Program-made: the position numbers and the translations under genes
Part shown: piece after piece, positions 45,617 to 60,464 of the stretch
Position numbering within the stretch: position 1 is the first letter of the stretch
How the letters are laid out: each line of letters opens with the position of its first letter
Notes under the pieces: generated by a model
What the model saw: the letters and a program-made list of their open reading frames with translations, nothing else
The model's database searches: none
What the model was told of the DNA's origin: nothing
Source: the human T2T-CHM13v2.0 reference genome, Homo sapiens
DNA: 64,000 nt
NCBI RefSeq assembly: GCF_009914755.1
Contig: NC_060945.1
Reading direction: 5' to 3' (one strand)

Positions 45617-45819
45617 CAAATTTTTATACAATATAAAACGTCAAGGAGATGTTTCTGTTAGTGTTTCCTATGGAAAACAACCTAATATTAGAATTCCTGA
45701 TTTTTAAGGAATAAATTTGATTAATGTTAACTCTTCATACTTAGGTTTCATAATTTAAAAAGAAAAGCACAAAAGGCAGGAAAGGCCTCCTGTAGCCCTT
45801 GAGGCAGCAGCTGCGAAGC

Positions 45820-46068
45820 AGAGGAGGAGGGGGAGGGGAGGAGGAAGAGAAGGGGAGGGGGAGGGGAGAGGGGAGGAGGAGGAAGAGAAGGGAGGGGGAT
45901 GAGGAGGGGGAGGGGAGGAGGAAGAGAAGGGGAGGGGGAGGGGAGAGGGGAGGAGGAGGAAGAGAAGGGAGGGGGATGAGGAGGGGGAGGGGAGGAGGAA
46001 GAGAAGGGGGAGTGGGAGGGGAGGAGGGGGAGGGGGAGGGGAGAGGGGAGGAGGAGGAAGAGGAGGAA
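45820..46068. repeat. Polypurine (GA-rich) low-complexity tract
   Basis: ~250 bp almost exclusively G/A. Confidence 0.95.
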
Positions 46069-48033
46069 CTGCTGTCCAGGGAGCACCTCCAGCTTTGAAA
46101 GGTCCCAAGTCCAGTTGAAAATCACAAGGAGTTTTTTTCATGGATGTCTCAGACTGTTTCAAACTCAGGGTTTTCCTTTATTGTCTTAATTTCTGGCCTG
46201 TGTTTTAGAGTGTGGAGCCCTGGGGTTGTGCCCACACTGACGCCGCAGTGGGGAACTGAGTGGAGCTGGGTGCTTGCCCCACTTGGAGGTGGCTCCAGGC
46301 GCGTGGGGGACACCCACTGCTCAGATGCAGCCACAGACGCCAAGAGTGTGGTCGACGCTCTAATAGCCCCTGTGGTCCCTATGCTGAGGAGGCTGAGAGG
46401 TCCTGAGCACGGGTGGGGCCCCGGCCACTCTTGGCCACCTCTGGCCGTGCCTGGAATTGAGCCATAAGTGGGCAGGGTAGGTGCTGGAGCTCAGGAAATG
46501 AGGACTCCCCTGCCTCCGCCGCTGCCACCACCACCACTGCTGACAGGCAGAGCCGCCTGGTCCTGAGTGTGGAGATGGCAGAACCTTCTCAGCCCTAGTG
46601 ATTGTGTCTGTGGGACCCCCCAGGCTGCCTCACAGGCCATGTTCTAAGGTACCCACTGGTCTCTGCCCCACTTCCCGGCCTCACGGGAACCCACCTGCAA
46701 GGGCCCCGTGTCACCTGGCGGGAAGCTGTGGCCCAGGGCCTCTGCATCTCTTCTTTGTAAGAGATGTTTTTTAAAATGCATTTTCTCCTCTATACAGAAT
46801 CTAGAAAAGCATATTAAAAAGAAGGAAATGGCCTGTCCTCTGCAGCTGGAAGAGAGGGGCCAAGCAGCTTCAGGGCCTGCCCGCCGCCCTGCTCCCCCGG
46901 CCCTGCTCCCACTGCGCCCCCCCCCAACCCTGCTCCCCCAGCCACGGCCTTGCTCCCCCCGTCTCCGCTCCTCCCCGCACCACCCCGCTCCCCTCAACCC
47001 CACCCTGCTCTGCCGCAGACCTCAGTTTGCATCCATCCTGTGCCACATACGTTATGTTTAAAGTAAAAGTGTTTTCAGTTGTTAGAGATGAACATAGTGT
47101 GCAATTTGGTTTCACACTTTAGTGTTAATATTTGACCTTTTTTGGCATATCGTTAAAATTACAGGAAAGCCTATTTTCAGTCAGTCACACCCGTCGTAGG
47201 CTTCATCATTGCCTCATTTTGCATTTCCCTCTTTTTGGACTTTATTAGATTATTTTTCTCTTCAGGTTTTTATGCAGACGTGTCCTGTGCTTGGGTGTGT
47301 GCTCATGTGGTGGTGACCGCGCTGAGCCTCTGGGCTCTGGGCTCTAGGCTGGTCGTGACACCAGCTTCTCCATAGGGCCGTCTGCTTACCCCTCAGCCTC
47401 TCTGGCGAGACAGTCAAGTGTGTGTCCGGACACCAGCTGCTGCGTAATCGGTGGGATAAAGCAGCCGCCTCGTGTTCACAGACCTGTGGGCAGGGCCTGC
47501 TGGGGATGGTTTTCTCTGCTCCCCGTGCCCAGCACAGGCAGCTTCACCCCACGCTGGTGGTCGGCACTGGCCTCAGCCGGACCACGCACAGAGGCCTCCT
47601 GGGTGGCCATCGTGTGGCCTTCTCGTAGCGTCCCAGGTGGGCAGGGAGTGTGTGATATGTTTGTGATCTCGCTGTGGACATTGGCCTAAAGCCCTGCCCT
47701 GAGCTTTGTCCAGGCTTAGGCGGGGGACGGTGTCCCCCTCAGGGAGCAGGTGGAGTGGAGGAAGTGGCGGGGCCATCTTTGGAGTGGCTTATAGAGAAAT
47801 TCACTCCAAGCCTGGCTTCCGTGTTGTCTCTCTGAAGGTCGGGAGAGGTGGGCTTGAAAACCTTGTAGCTTGAGAAGTGGGTGCCGCCTGTACGAAGCCG
47901 AGGCGGTGCCCTCCCTCTCCACAGCTGCCCGCCCTTCACAGAGTCCTGGCGGCAGCTCGGGGCCGCAGGTGGTGTAGAGCGTGGCTGTGTGGGGTGGCAG
48001 GCAACTCCCTTCTGACGCGCTTTCCCGCCACAG

Positions 48034-48174
48034 GCTTTACTGCAGATGGTGCGTGACGAGAGCCACCAGATCCTGGCGCTGTCAGAAGGCCTTGCACCCC
48101 CAAGCGGCGAGCCACACCCACCCCGGAAGGAAGACGAGATACAGGACATCTCGCTCCATGGGGGAAAGACGCAG
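48034..48174 (+). CDS. PCNT: PCNT exon 33 (141 nt) ALLQMVRDESHQIL...GKTQ
   Basis: cgccacag|gct ... cag|gtttat. Confidence 0.95.
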
Positions 48175-48264
48175 GTTTATTTTGCCCTTCACACACTTCT
48201 TTTCCAAAGGATTTAAGGAGCTTGTGGTAATGGCCGCGTCCTTAGGGCCACGTGGACACTAGGA

Positions 48265-48538
48265 TTTCTTTCTTTTTTTTCTTTTTTTTTTTTTTTTTTT
48301 TTGAGACTCGGCTCACTGCAACCTCCACCACCCCGGGTCAAGCAGTTCTCTGCCTCAGCCTCCCGAGTAGCTGGGATTACAGGTGCATGCCACCATGCCC
48401 AGCTAATTTTTGTATTTTTAGTAGAGACGGGCTTTCACCATCTTAGCTAGGCTGGTCTTGAACTCCAGACCTTGTGATCCACCCGCCTCAGCCTCCCAAA
48501 GTGCTGGGATTACAGGCATGAGCCACCGTGCCTGGCCT
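48265..48538 (-). mobile_element. Alu with ~40-bp internal deletion
   Basis: ttgagac joined directly to tcggctcactgc; TSD ctaggattt. Confidence 0.9.
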
Positions 48539-49493
48539 AGGATTTTTTTTAGCACGGCCAAAAAGACTGAGGTCCAAGAACCCTGGGGAGGCCTTCCCAT
48601 CTCCCACAGCCAGCGCAGGCTCTCGGGGCAGGTTCCCTGCGGGACGTGGAGGTGTGTGGGGGGCAGAAGGGCTCAGGGCTTTCAGGCCTGTGCCCTGTGT
48701 GAGCCTGCGGGGAGGCTGAGAGTGGTCCCTCCTGGCCATGTGGCCCTGCGGACTCGGCCCATTCCAGCACTTGTCCCCCAGGGCCTCTCCTCCTGCCACT
48801 CGGGTGACTTGCCCTCCGGCCTCATTCCTCCCCTTGGGTCTCTCCTACCTCCCCCTCCACACCCCAAGCCCCAGCAACTGGACCTCAGGGCCTCACCTCT
48901 GTGCTGTCGACCCCGCACCCCACTTTTCCCCAAGTCCTCCCCATCTCCCTGCCTGTCTGCTTCCATCACCAGGGCTTGTGGAGGTTGTGGAGTGGGTGCC
49001 AACTCCCATCACGCTCCCTCCCATCTCCGTGCCCACCCTGTCCTGCCCCTGTGCCTGCCTCTGACTGGGATCAAAGCTTTGTGAGGGAGGGAAGGGCTTT
49101 CTCCCTGTGCCTGGAACGCACAGGGTGTGCTGGTGCCATGGAGAGCCGGTGGGAGGGTCAGCCCCACCCGCCTCCGCTCGCCCCTCCAGCAGGCCCTGGT
49201 TGTGTGCGAGCGGCAGCCTGGCTGGCATTCAGGAGGCTCATTGGTGCTGCACGCTGCCCCTGGGGACCAGCGGGTAGCCCCTTGCAGCCTTAGGTCCCCT
49301 CCAGGCCCTGGGCCTTGAAGGCACAGCAGCAGGAAAAGAGGGAAGGAGCTTTGCTGACATTTTCCTGACCTTACTTTATCGTCTTTTTCAGTCTCTTCTG
49401 TGCTCATGATGGCAGCCTTTGCTTCTCGTGCCTTGAATGGCCCTGGGCAGTGTGTGTCTTCTCTTCTGTCAGGGTCATTTCTGTTTGAACGGC

Positions 49494-49790
49494 TGTCAGT
49501 CTGCTCAGCTGCCGTAACAGAACACCCCAGACCAGGGGGCTTAAACAGCAGACATTGATTTCACCTGTTGTGGCATCAGGGTGCCCACAGGGTTGGATTC
49601 TGGTGTAGGCGCCCTTCCTGGTTTGCGGACAGCGTCTCCGTGCTGTGTCCTCATATGATGGAGACAGCGAGTGAGCTCTGGTGTCTCTTCCTCTTCTTAA
49701 GAGGCCTCATTTACCCTGAATCACCTCCCGCAGGCCCCATCTCCAAACGCAGTCACACTGCGAACTTTAGGGCACAAGGATGCAGGTGCA
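49494..49790. mobile_element. ERVL-MaLR LTR (MLT1-like) ending just before the exon-34 acceptor
   Basis: gctgccgtaacagaacaccccagaccagggggcttaaacagcagac...gctctggtgtctcttcctcttctt. Confidence 0.75.
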
Positions 49791-49827
49791 TTTGTGAGGA
49801 CGCCACGTTTCTTCCTTCTTCCTTTAG

Positions 49828-50001
49828 GAAGTGCCCACCGCGTGCCCCGATTGGAGAGGGGACCTTCTGCAGGTTGTGCAAGAGGCCTTTGAAAAAGAGC
49901 AGGAGATGCAGGGGGTTGAGCTGCAGCCCCGACTCAGTGGCTCAGATCTGGGGGGTCACAGCTCCCTGCTCGAAAGGCTGGAGAAGATCATCCGTGAGCA
50001 G
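49828..50001 (+). CDS. PCNT: PCNT exon 34 (174 nt) EVPTACPDWRG...IIREQ
   Basis: tcctttag|gaa ... cag|gtgagt. Confidence 0.95.
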
Positions 50002-50600
50002 GTGAGTGTCAGCTCTGCCACCAGGCCTCAGTTTGCCCCAGGGGTCCAGCCCTGGCAGAGAGGGTGACACAGACTGTTTTGTGTGTGAATTTCGGTTTGT
50101 GTGTTTCTCTCGACCGCTGGAATGTGGCTGTCACTTACCCAGGCGTTGACGCTCAGTCCATGCAGGATGCTGCACTTTTCCACCTGCAGCTGTAACAGGA
50201 CAGGTGTGCTCGAGATGCACCCTCAGGCCTCACTCTTTTCTGAGATAGGTGGCTAAAGAAACGTTCTCCATTCCAAGTAGCCCCTCCTAGGTTGAGAGGT
50301 GCTCTGTGTGCAGGGCTGGGTGGCGTTGGTGCCGTGGGGACACTGGAAATCCTGTTCCTGCCAGCATACACGAGGAAACCTAGTGTTGAGAGTAACTGGC
50401 TTGCAGGCCTCACGCAGGGTAGTGCAGCCCAGCCCTGACGCCTGCAGGCCCCAGAGCTGAGGCCCAGCAGATACTGTGCACCCATCCCAGACTCAGCAGG
50501 CTTGTCCCGGCGGAGCTGGTTTTGAGGGCGGGCAGCAGGGAAGGCCGGGGCATGGGGTGGCTGCCCAATGCTCAGGCTGCTTGTCCCATTGTGCCCCCAG

Positions 50601-50796
50601 GGAGACCTGCAGGAAAAGTCCCTGGAGCATCTTCGCTTGCCGGACCGGAGCAGCCTGCTGTCCGAGATCCAGGCGCTGCGTGCCCAGCTGCGCATGACGC
50701 ACCTGCAGAACCAGGAGAAGCTGCAGCACTTGCGCACGGCGCTGACAAGCGCAGAGGCGCGCGGGAGCCAGCAGGAGCACCAGCTGCGCAGGCAGG
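50601..50796 (+). CDS. PCNT: PCNT exon 35 (196 nt) GDLQEKSLEHL...QLRRQ
   Basis: gcccccag|gga ... cagg|gtgggt. Confidence 0.95.
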
Positions 50797-51414
50797 GTGG
50801 GTGTCACTGTCTACACTGCCTGGGGCCCGGCCTCTGCACCTGCCCGCCCGACACTCACCTGTGTGGCCTTGGGAGCAGAGGGTGGTGACAGGGCATCATC
50901 TAGTCAAGCCCCTGAGTGTTGCCATGGTTGTCAGCTGATAGGACTGAGCAGAAAGGACCCTGGAGACAGGCAGCGCTGGGTGGGGCTGGCACGGAGGCCT
51001 CACTCTTGGGCCTGATGTGGGCAAGAGGGGCCTGGGTTGGGCTCTGAGTGCTGGCAGATTCTTGGGAGCTCATGCTAGAGTTCAGGAATGTCTCGTAGGT
51101 TTCTACATTTAATTTAGCTTCTTCGGGAGTTTTTATGTAGATGCTCAGGTCATCTGTGGGTAAGTAACGATTTTTTGTTTCTTGCCCGTGTTCTCTCACG
51201 TGCTGTGCCGTCAGCTGTGTGGGCAGATGCCATTCCCTGCTCTTAGTTTTGGGGGCAGGAGCTGGTCTCGTACCATCGCATGTGGGGTCAGGCGCCCTTG
51301 GTCAGCTTGGGCAAGTGCCCTCTGTTCCTAGTTTTGGATTCCGTCAAGGGGAACGGCCTTGCAGTTCAGCCCACGGCCCTTGTCCCGGCGCCCATGCCCT
51401 TTGTGCTCTCTGGG

Positions 51415-51655
51415 GCTGGGGGCCGGCGCTGTGCACATGCTCGTGAGGGGCATGGGTGGGGCTGGCGCTGTGCAAGCGCTTGTCAGGGGCACGGGCAGGG
51501 GGTGCCGGCGCTGTGCGAGCGCTCGTGAGGGGCATGGGGGGGCTGGCGCTGTGCACGTGCTCGTGAGGGGCACAGGGGGGCCGGCACCGTGCGATCGCTC
51601 GTGAGGGGCATGGGGGTGGTGGGCCGGTGCTGTCTGAGTGCTCGTGAGGGGCACT
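51415..51655. repeat. GC-rich ~39-bp tandem repeat x ~6
   Basis: gccggcgctgtgcacatgctcgtgaggggcatggg variants. Confidence 0.85.
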
Positions 51656-52134
51656 GGTCTGTTTTCTGTTGTGCCTTTTTGGTCTTGGTGCTGGGTAGCG
51701 CCAGCCCCACGGGGTGCGGGAAGTATTTGGGAAGTAGCCCCTCCGCCCTCCGTTGTCTAGAATTGGGGTTATTTCTTCCTTAAGTTTTGGGAGAATTTTC
51801 CAGTAAAGCCACCTGGGCCTGGAGTTCCCTCTGTTGGAGGCAGTTTAGGGTGTGAGTGGGGGTGAGGTGGCATTTTTAGGATGGCCCCAGGGCTATATCA
51901 CTCCTGGACTCTGTGTCTCCCGGCCAGGTGGGTGGGCCCTGGAAGGAAATGGGCCCAGAGGGCAGAATTGAGCATCCTGGTTCCACCCGCAGTGAAAGCT
52001 TCTAGTCCACAGAACCTCCTTTCTTCCCGAAGCACATACACCTCACGCCCCCACGAGTCTGTCTCTAACCTGGTGTCACTTGTGCAGCACGAGGAGCTCA
52101 TGGGGGCCTGTTACTGTTCTTTTGTCTTTCTCAG

Positions 52135-52357
52135 TTGAACTGCTGGCTTATAAAGTAGAGCAGGAGAAGTGCATTGCTGGTGACTTGCAGAAGACGCTGA
52201 GTGAAGAGCAAGAGAAGGCAAACAGCGTGCAGAAGCTCCTGGCGGCGGAGCAGACTGTAGTGCGAGATTTGAAGTCCGACCTCTGTGAGAGCAGGCAGAA
52301 GAGCGAACAGCTGTCCCGGTCCCTCTGCGAGGTGCAGCAGGAGGTCCTCCAGCTGAG
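52135..52357 (+). CDS. PCNT: PCNT exon 36 (223 nt) ELLAYKVEQEK...EVLQL
   Basis: tttctcag|ttg ... gag|gtgcgc. Confidence 0.95.
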
Positions 52358-52631
52358 GTGCGCCTGATCCCCCTTCCTGGGACACTGGCGGGAGTCCCCC
52401 CGTTGTGCCATGTTTTCTTGGTGATGAAGGGAGACAGAACCTCTGGTGGGCCGCAGTTGGGCAGCCCCAGGGGCACCGCGCCCTGCTGTCCCTGGGTTGA
52501 TAATCCTGTGGTGGGGGGTGAAGCACACGTGTGGGACCTGGCAGGGCTCTGCCTCCCCTCCTGGAGCTCCCAGCCCCCGGGAACACACTCTGGCCCACGT
52601 GGTCAGATTGTTCTGTGATGTCTCCACGCAG

Positions 52632-52782
52632 ATCCATGCTGAGCAGTAAGGAGAACGAGCTGAAGGCCGCGCTTCAGGAGCTGGAGAGTGAGCACGGGAA
52701 GGGGCGTGCCCTGCAGAGCCAGCTGGAGGAGGAGCAGCTGCGGCACCTGCAGAGGGAGAGCCAGAGTGCCAAGGCCCTGGAG
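52632..52782 (+). CDS. PCNT: PCNT exon 37 (151 nt) SMLSSKENELK...AKALE
   Basis: ccacgcag|atc ... gag|gtaaca. Confidence 0.95.
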
Positions 52783-53257
52783 GTAACAGGGTGTCAGGGC
52801 AAGGCAGCCGGCATGGGCTGTGTGCACTGGAAGCCTGAAGCCATGCTCCTCTTTCATCCTTCTTTTCCTGTTCTTCATGGCAGTGCACCCAGTTGACAGC
52901 AGTGTGACGTAGCAGGATAGGGCTGTGTTTGCAGGTAAAATTGCACCTTGGTGTAGTGGCAGCCACCACAGGGCGAAGAGTGCGATGACCCGTGGTGGCA
53001 CGATACCCCTGCTCGGAGCCCCCCCCCGTCCCTGAGCACTTGCTGTGGAGATGGACACAGCCTCCTCGCTGGCATCCAGACAGAGCACAGCCTCAGAGGT
53101 CTGTGCACAAGGCAGGCTGGTGGTGGGGCCTCTGCTTTGCATGGCGGAGGCCCAGCAGGCCTGCTGTGGCTTCTGAGCAAGTCTGTGCCAGTTCCATGGG
53201 TTATGGCTTTCAACAGCATGGAAGTGGTGGTTCCTAGCAAGCTGGGTGTGTATCTCT

Positions 53258-53366
53258 GAGCCTCTGGTGGAGTGATTTTCTGAAGAGGGGGCAGGAGCCT
53301 CTGGTGGAGTGATTTTCTGAAGAGGGGGCAGGAGCCTCTGGTGGAGTGATTTTCTGGAGAGGGGGC
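53258..53366. repeat. 37-bp tandem repeat x3
   Basis: gagcctctggtggagtgattttctgaagagggggcag. Confidence 0.9.
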
Positions 53367-53653
53367 GGGCAGGGGACATCTCTGAATCATTTTCTGGAGA
53401 GGGACAGACTGGGAACATCTCTGAACCCAGGACTCAACACCATTTCCGAAAAAAGTATGTCATCTCCGCAGTCTGGGTTTTTTGTTACTTGATGAACTAA
53501 CAAAAAAATGTTGTCCCTACATGTGGCTAATAGGGTGCATTTCAAAAGGTAGAATTGCTGGGCTAAAGTATATAAACAAATGTGGACAGGAAAACCATGT
53601 AGACACTTTTCCTCTTGATTCAGTGTCTCCCATCGTATGTGTTTGCTGTCTAG

Positions 53654-54340
53654 GAGCTGCGGGCGTCTTTGGAGACACAGCGTGCTCAGAGCAGTCGACT
53701 CTGCGTGGCACTGAAACACGAGCAGACGGCCAAGGACAACCTGCAGAAGGAGCTGCGTATCGAGCACTCACGCTGCGAGGCCTTGCTGGCTCAGGAGCGG
53801 AGCCAGCTCTCTGAGCTCCAGAAGGACCTTGCGGCTGAGAAGAGCCGCACCCTGGAGCTGTCAGAGGCCTTGCGGCACGAGCGGCTCCTGACCGAGCAGC
53901 TGAGCCAGAGGACACAGGAGGCTTGCGTGCACCAGGACACACAGGCCCATCACGCTCTGCTGCGGAAGCTGAAGGAGGAGAAGTCCCGGGTGGTGGACTT
54001 GCAAGCGATGCTTGAAAAGGTGCAGCAGCAAGCCCTGCATTCTCAGCAGCAGCTTGAGGCTGAGGCTCAGAAGCACTGTGAGGCGCTCAGGAGAGAGAAG
54101 GAGGTAAGTGCCACACTGAAGTCGACGGTGGAAGCCCTGCACACCCAAAAACGAGAGCTGAGATGCTCTCTGGAGAGAGAGAGGGAGAAACCAGCGTGGT
54201 TGCAGGCAGAATTAGAGCAGTCACACCCACGGTTGAAAGAGCAAGAAGGACGCAAGGCTGCGAGGAGGAGCGCGGAGGCCAGGCAGAGCCCAGCGACTGC
54301 GGAGCAGTGGAGGAAGTGGCAGAGAGACAAGGAGAAGCTG
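53654..54340 (+). CDS. PCNT: PCNT exon 38 (687 nt) ELRASLETQ...RDKEKL; internal alternative donor after 54103
   Basis: ctgtctag|gag ... ctg|gtgaga; internal gag|gtaagt. Confidence 0.96.
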
Positions 54341-54429
54341 GTGAGAGCCGCCTGCCGGCGGAGCGTCCACACCTAAAAACGATAAGCAATTGGAGTTAGG
54401 ATGGTTCACGTGGGGGACGCGAGATTTAT

Positions 54430-56202
<1,773 letters not shown>

Positions 56203-57334
56203 TCCAGAGTGTTTTTTACTGAGGATAGTGAATTTGATCTGGATTATAGAACCCTTCTCTAGCTGTAGCCATGGAAGCCTCCCAAGATAGTGGCATGCTG
56301 GATACAATTCCATCTTTTCTAAATAATACAATCTCATTAGTTCCTCTGTATCTTACTTTCCTTACTAGAAAATAGAAAAGATACTCATTCCTGTTTAAGA
56401 GGCCCGAGCATTGAGTGAGGCGCTGTCAGGAGGGTAGAGTTTGAGCTGCACCCTGGTCACCGCAGTGGCAGGGGCGCTGGTGCCACACAGTGCAGGCTCA
56501 GCTGTGGGTCCTCTGGGCTGGGAAGGCCTCAGCTCAGTGCTGGGGTTCCCTCCCTGACACGGCAAGCCGCCTCTGTGTGTCTGCATCTTGGGCCTCTTCC
56601 CGCTGGATCTGTCTTTGTGTTGTCACAAGGAAGCCCCAGCGGCGCTGCTGGGAATCAGAGGCCCTTCAGAGGCTGCTTCGTCCTTCCTTGCCCCATCGTG
56701 CAGTAGACCTTCTGTCCCCTGCCTGGTGGGAGTCGGGCCCTGGGCAGGGGCTCAGGCGCTTGCTGACACGCTTCTCCCGGGCACCAGACATGGCCTGTGC
56801 CCCCGTCCTGCAGAAGGAAAGGCTGCTGCTCCTTGAGGTCTGGCTTAGGAGCTCAGGCCCACGTGGCCACCCAGGCTCAGCCCCAGGGCTGCACTCAGGC
56901 TCATACGTGTGTGCATGTTCACATGCACAAATGTGCCTGTCTGTGTCTATGTTGGTATGAGCGTCTGGGCGTGTGCGTGTACATATGTGGATGAGTGGGA
57001 CCAGGGCACAGGGAAGCGTCATCCGGTCTGTTCTGTTTCAGCTTCTCAGGCTCCTCTCCTTTGGACCCCGCGTGCTTGCCCTGGGCCTGATGAAAGCCTG
57101 ATAGTTTTAAAAACTACGATGGAAACGCTTTTACCACTGAATCATTCTGGGGTGTGTGATTCAGCTGCCTCCATGCTGGAGGGACACAGAGCAGCACAGC
57201 ACGAGGGTGTGCAGTGTGTCAGCTGTGGGTCCCAGTACAGGACCACAGGGGCTGCCTGCCCGAGGGCCTGTTTCTGGTCTGTGAGGGGCCTCCCCTGTAA
57301 CGCGGCTGTGTGTTTTGGGCTTTTGCTTGGCAGT

Positions 57335-57966
<632 letters not shown>

Positions 57967-58028
57967 GGCAGTTTTGTTTTTGGACACTGACGTGAACGTC
58001 TTCTCTGTCTTTTTTCTGTTAACAACAG

Positions 58029-58273
58029 CGAGAATTAGAACTGCAGCGTCAGCGTGACTTGCATAAGATCAAGCAGCTTCAGCAGACAGTGAGAGACCTG
58101 GAGTCGAAGGACGAGGTGCCTGGCAGCCGCCTCCACCTAGGTTCTGCCCGCAGGGCTGCCGGCTCGGATGCGGACCACCTCCGGGAACAGCAGCGAGAGC
58201 TGGAGGCGATGAGGCAGCGGCTGCTCTCTGCCGCCCGGCTTCTCACCAGCTTCACCAGCCAGGCCGTGGACAG
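58029..58273 (+). CDS. PCNT: PCNT exon 39 (245 nt) RELELQRQRD...SQAVD
   Basis: aacaacag|cga ... cag|gtgtgc. Confidence 0.95.
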
Positions 58274-59105
58274 GTGTGCACCCACGCCACCTGGCGCTCA
58301 CTGGTCCCTTGCAGCCAACCCTCTGTCCCAGACCCGGCCCGAGGGCTGGGGCGCGTCTGGTGTGAGGCCCCTGCTCCTTTGCACTTAACGCTCTAGTCCT
58401 CTTTCTGAGACTTTGCTGAGGGATTCCGGATTGGCAAGATGGCATGTTCATATTCTAATGTCAGAGAAAAAAATCCTGTGATTCAAAATACGCCTGACGT
58501 GGGGCTTCCATGTTCCTTTGAGGGTTGGCTTGGTTCTCTTTACACTCTGTGTAGTTGCTCACCACCCACAGGGTCGGGTTTGGAGCCTCCTGTGCCCCCC
58601 CCCCCCCCCCCCCCGGCTGGCACTGCCCAGTGTCACTCAAGGCCACTCACACCCAGGATGACGATCGTGATATTTCATATGGGCAGAAAGGGTAATGCTA
58701 ATGTTTGTCTTTTTCCCTATACACAGAAACTCGGCAAACACAGTTCTCCTTTCTATACTTGGACTTAATGTATAGAGCAGCATGATTTCTAAGCAAAGTT
58801 TCACTTAGGACAGCATTTTAAATCATTCATTCCAGAGGAAAGCCACGGGGCCTGGCAGGCGGTGGCTTCCCGTGCTCGGTGGCGCGCCTCCCGGCTGGAG
58901 GTTTCTGAGCTCTGCAGAAGCGTCCAGCCACAGGCCTGTTGCCCCCGTGGGCCCCTGGCTCTGCCTCACGGCTGGACGAAGTGATTCACACACAGGCTCC
59001 TCAGAAACCTGTCTTGTCTCTCTTGAGCCGTGAGCTCTTGTTTAGTTTTGCATAATGGTCACTTGGGGCGCGTATGCAACTTTGAGTGCCCATTTATTTT
59101 TACAG

Positions 59106-59208
59106 GACAGTTAATGATTGGACGTCATCCAATGAGAAAGCAGTGATGTCTTTACTGCACACGTTGGAGGAGCTGAAGTCTGACTTGAGCAGGCCCACCT
59201 CCTCCCAG
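59106..59208 (+). CDS. PCNT: PCNT exon 40 (103 nt) TVNDWTSSNEK...PTSSQ
   Basis: ttttacag|gac ... cag|gtaagg. Confidence 0.95.
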
Positions 59209-60290
59209 GTAAGGGGTGAGCGCCCCCAGGTCCCTGGCCTGGCTCCTCCCCCAGAGGGGCCCTCTCGGCAGCTTTGTGGTTCTTTTTCACGCTTCCCCAT
59301 TGTTCTTCCTCCCTCGCTGCCTTCTCTGAATTCATGGTTGCTATCTGGGTGAGTGGGTGGGGTCGACCCTGTGGGCCGAGTGGGGACGGATGTCCTCCAT
59401 GTCCTGGGGCACTTGTGTGGTCTTCGGGGGCTGAGCCCTGCTGCCATGGGATGCTGTGTGACTGTGTGGTCTTCGGGGGCTGAGCCCTGCTGCCATGGGA
59501 TGCTGCGTGACTGGTAGAGCCCCCTCACATGCTGCTCGCTGTGCATGACCTGGACACATTGCAGGTCGCTGGTCAGGAGGGGCTATGGTTCTGCTCTGGT
59601 GCTGGCGGCCGATGTTCACCTCCACCTGGCCCAGCCTGCTGGCTTTGTGTTTGTGTTGACGGCCTTTGCTAGAAACAAAAACCCAAGTCCTCCTTGGAAA
59701 GTCTGAGCTCACTGTAAGCTGCCTCTGAAGGAGGTGGGAATCTGGCTGCTGGTATAAATTCTTGATGTGTGTTCTGTGGCATTTATGAAATCATGACTTT
59801 GATCGTGGAGCCCACGCATGTGAGGTGCAGGGGAGCTGCGCCGCTTACCCTCTGGCCCCGCCAGCTGAACGTCGTTGTGGGTGGGGTGCACCCTGCCCCC
59901 TGTGTTGGGCCCTGGTGACCTTTCAGCGTGCCCACCCTCCACAGGCTGAACGTCCTTTTGATGGTGGAAGTAATAAACCTGTTTTGAGGGGCTTCACATC
60001 CGCCCCCTTGGGATGAACTAACAACGGTCCAGCCACCTGTTAATTTCAGTGCTGTTAGAACAACCAAACGGGCTATGCTTTGTGACAGGCCTGCGTTGTT
60101 CATACAAGCCAGTTGCGTGCAAAGTCTGTGATTCAATGACTTTTACAATTTTCTGCCAGCTCCACAAGCTTCTCATTGAACCCCAGACACATTAATTACA
60201 ATCCCTAAAAATAACTGTTGACAAAAAACACAAGTAATGTTCATGCCCTTTAACAACAAATTCTTACAAATTTATTTTCTTTTCTCCAAG

Positions 60291-60464
60291 AAAAAAATGG
60301 CAGCAGAGCTGCAGTTCCAGTTTGTGGACGTCCTGCTGAAAGACAATGTTTCCCTCACAAAAGCGCTCAGCACGGTGACCCAGGAGAAGCTGGAGCTGAG
60401 CAGAGCCGTGTCTAAGCTTGAGAAGTTGCTGAAGCACCATCTGCAGAAGGGCTGCAGCCCAAGC
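60291..60464 (+). CDS. PCNT: PCNT exon 41 (174 nt) KKMAAELQFQ...GCSPS
   Basis: tctccaag|aaa ... agc|gtaggt. Confidence 0.93.

Noticed and set aside
59413-59512. Small two-copy duplications (~49 bp here; ~66 bp at 42182-42315) and poly-C at 58595-58613
   Set aside because: Ordinary local slippage products with no captured functional signal.
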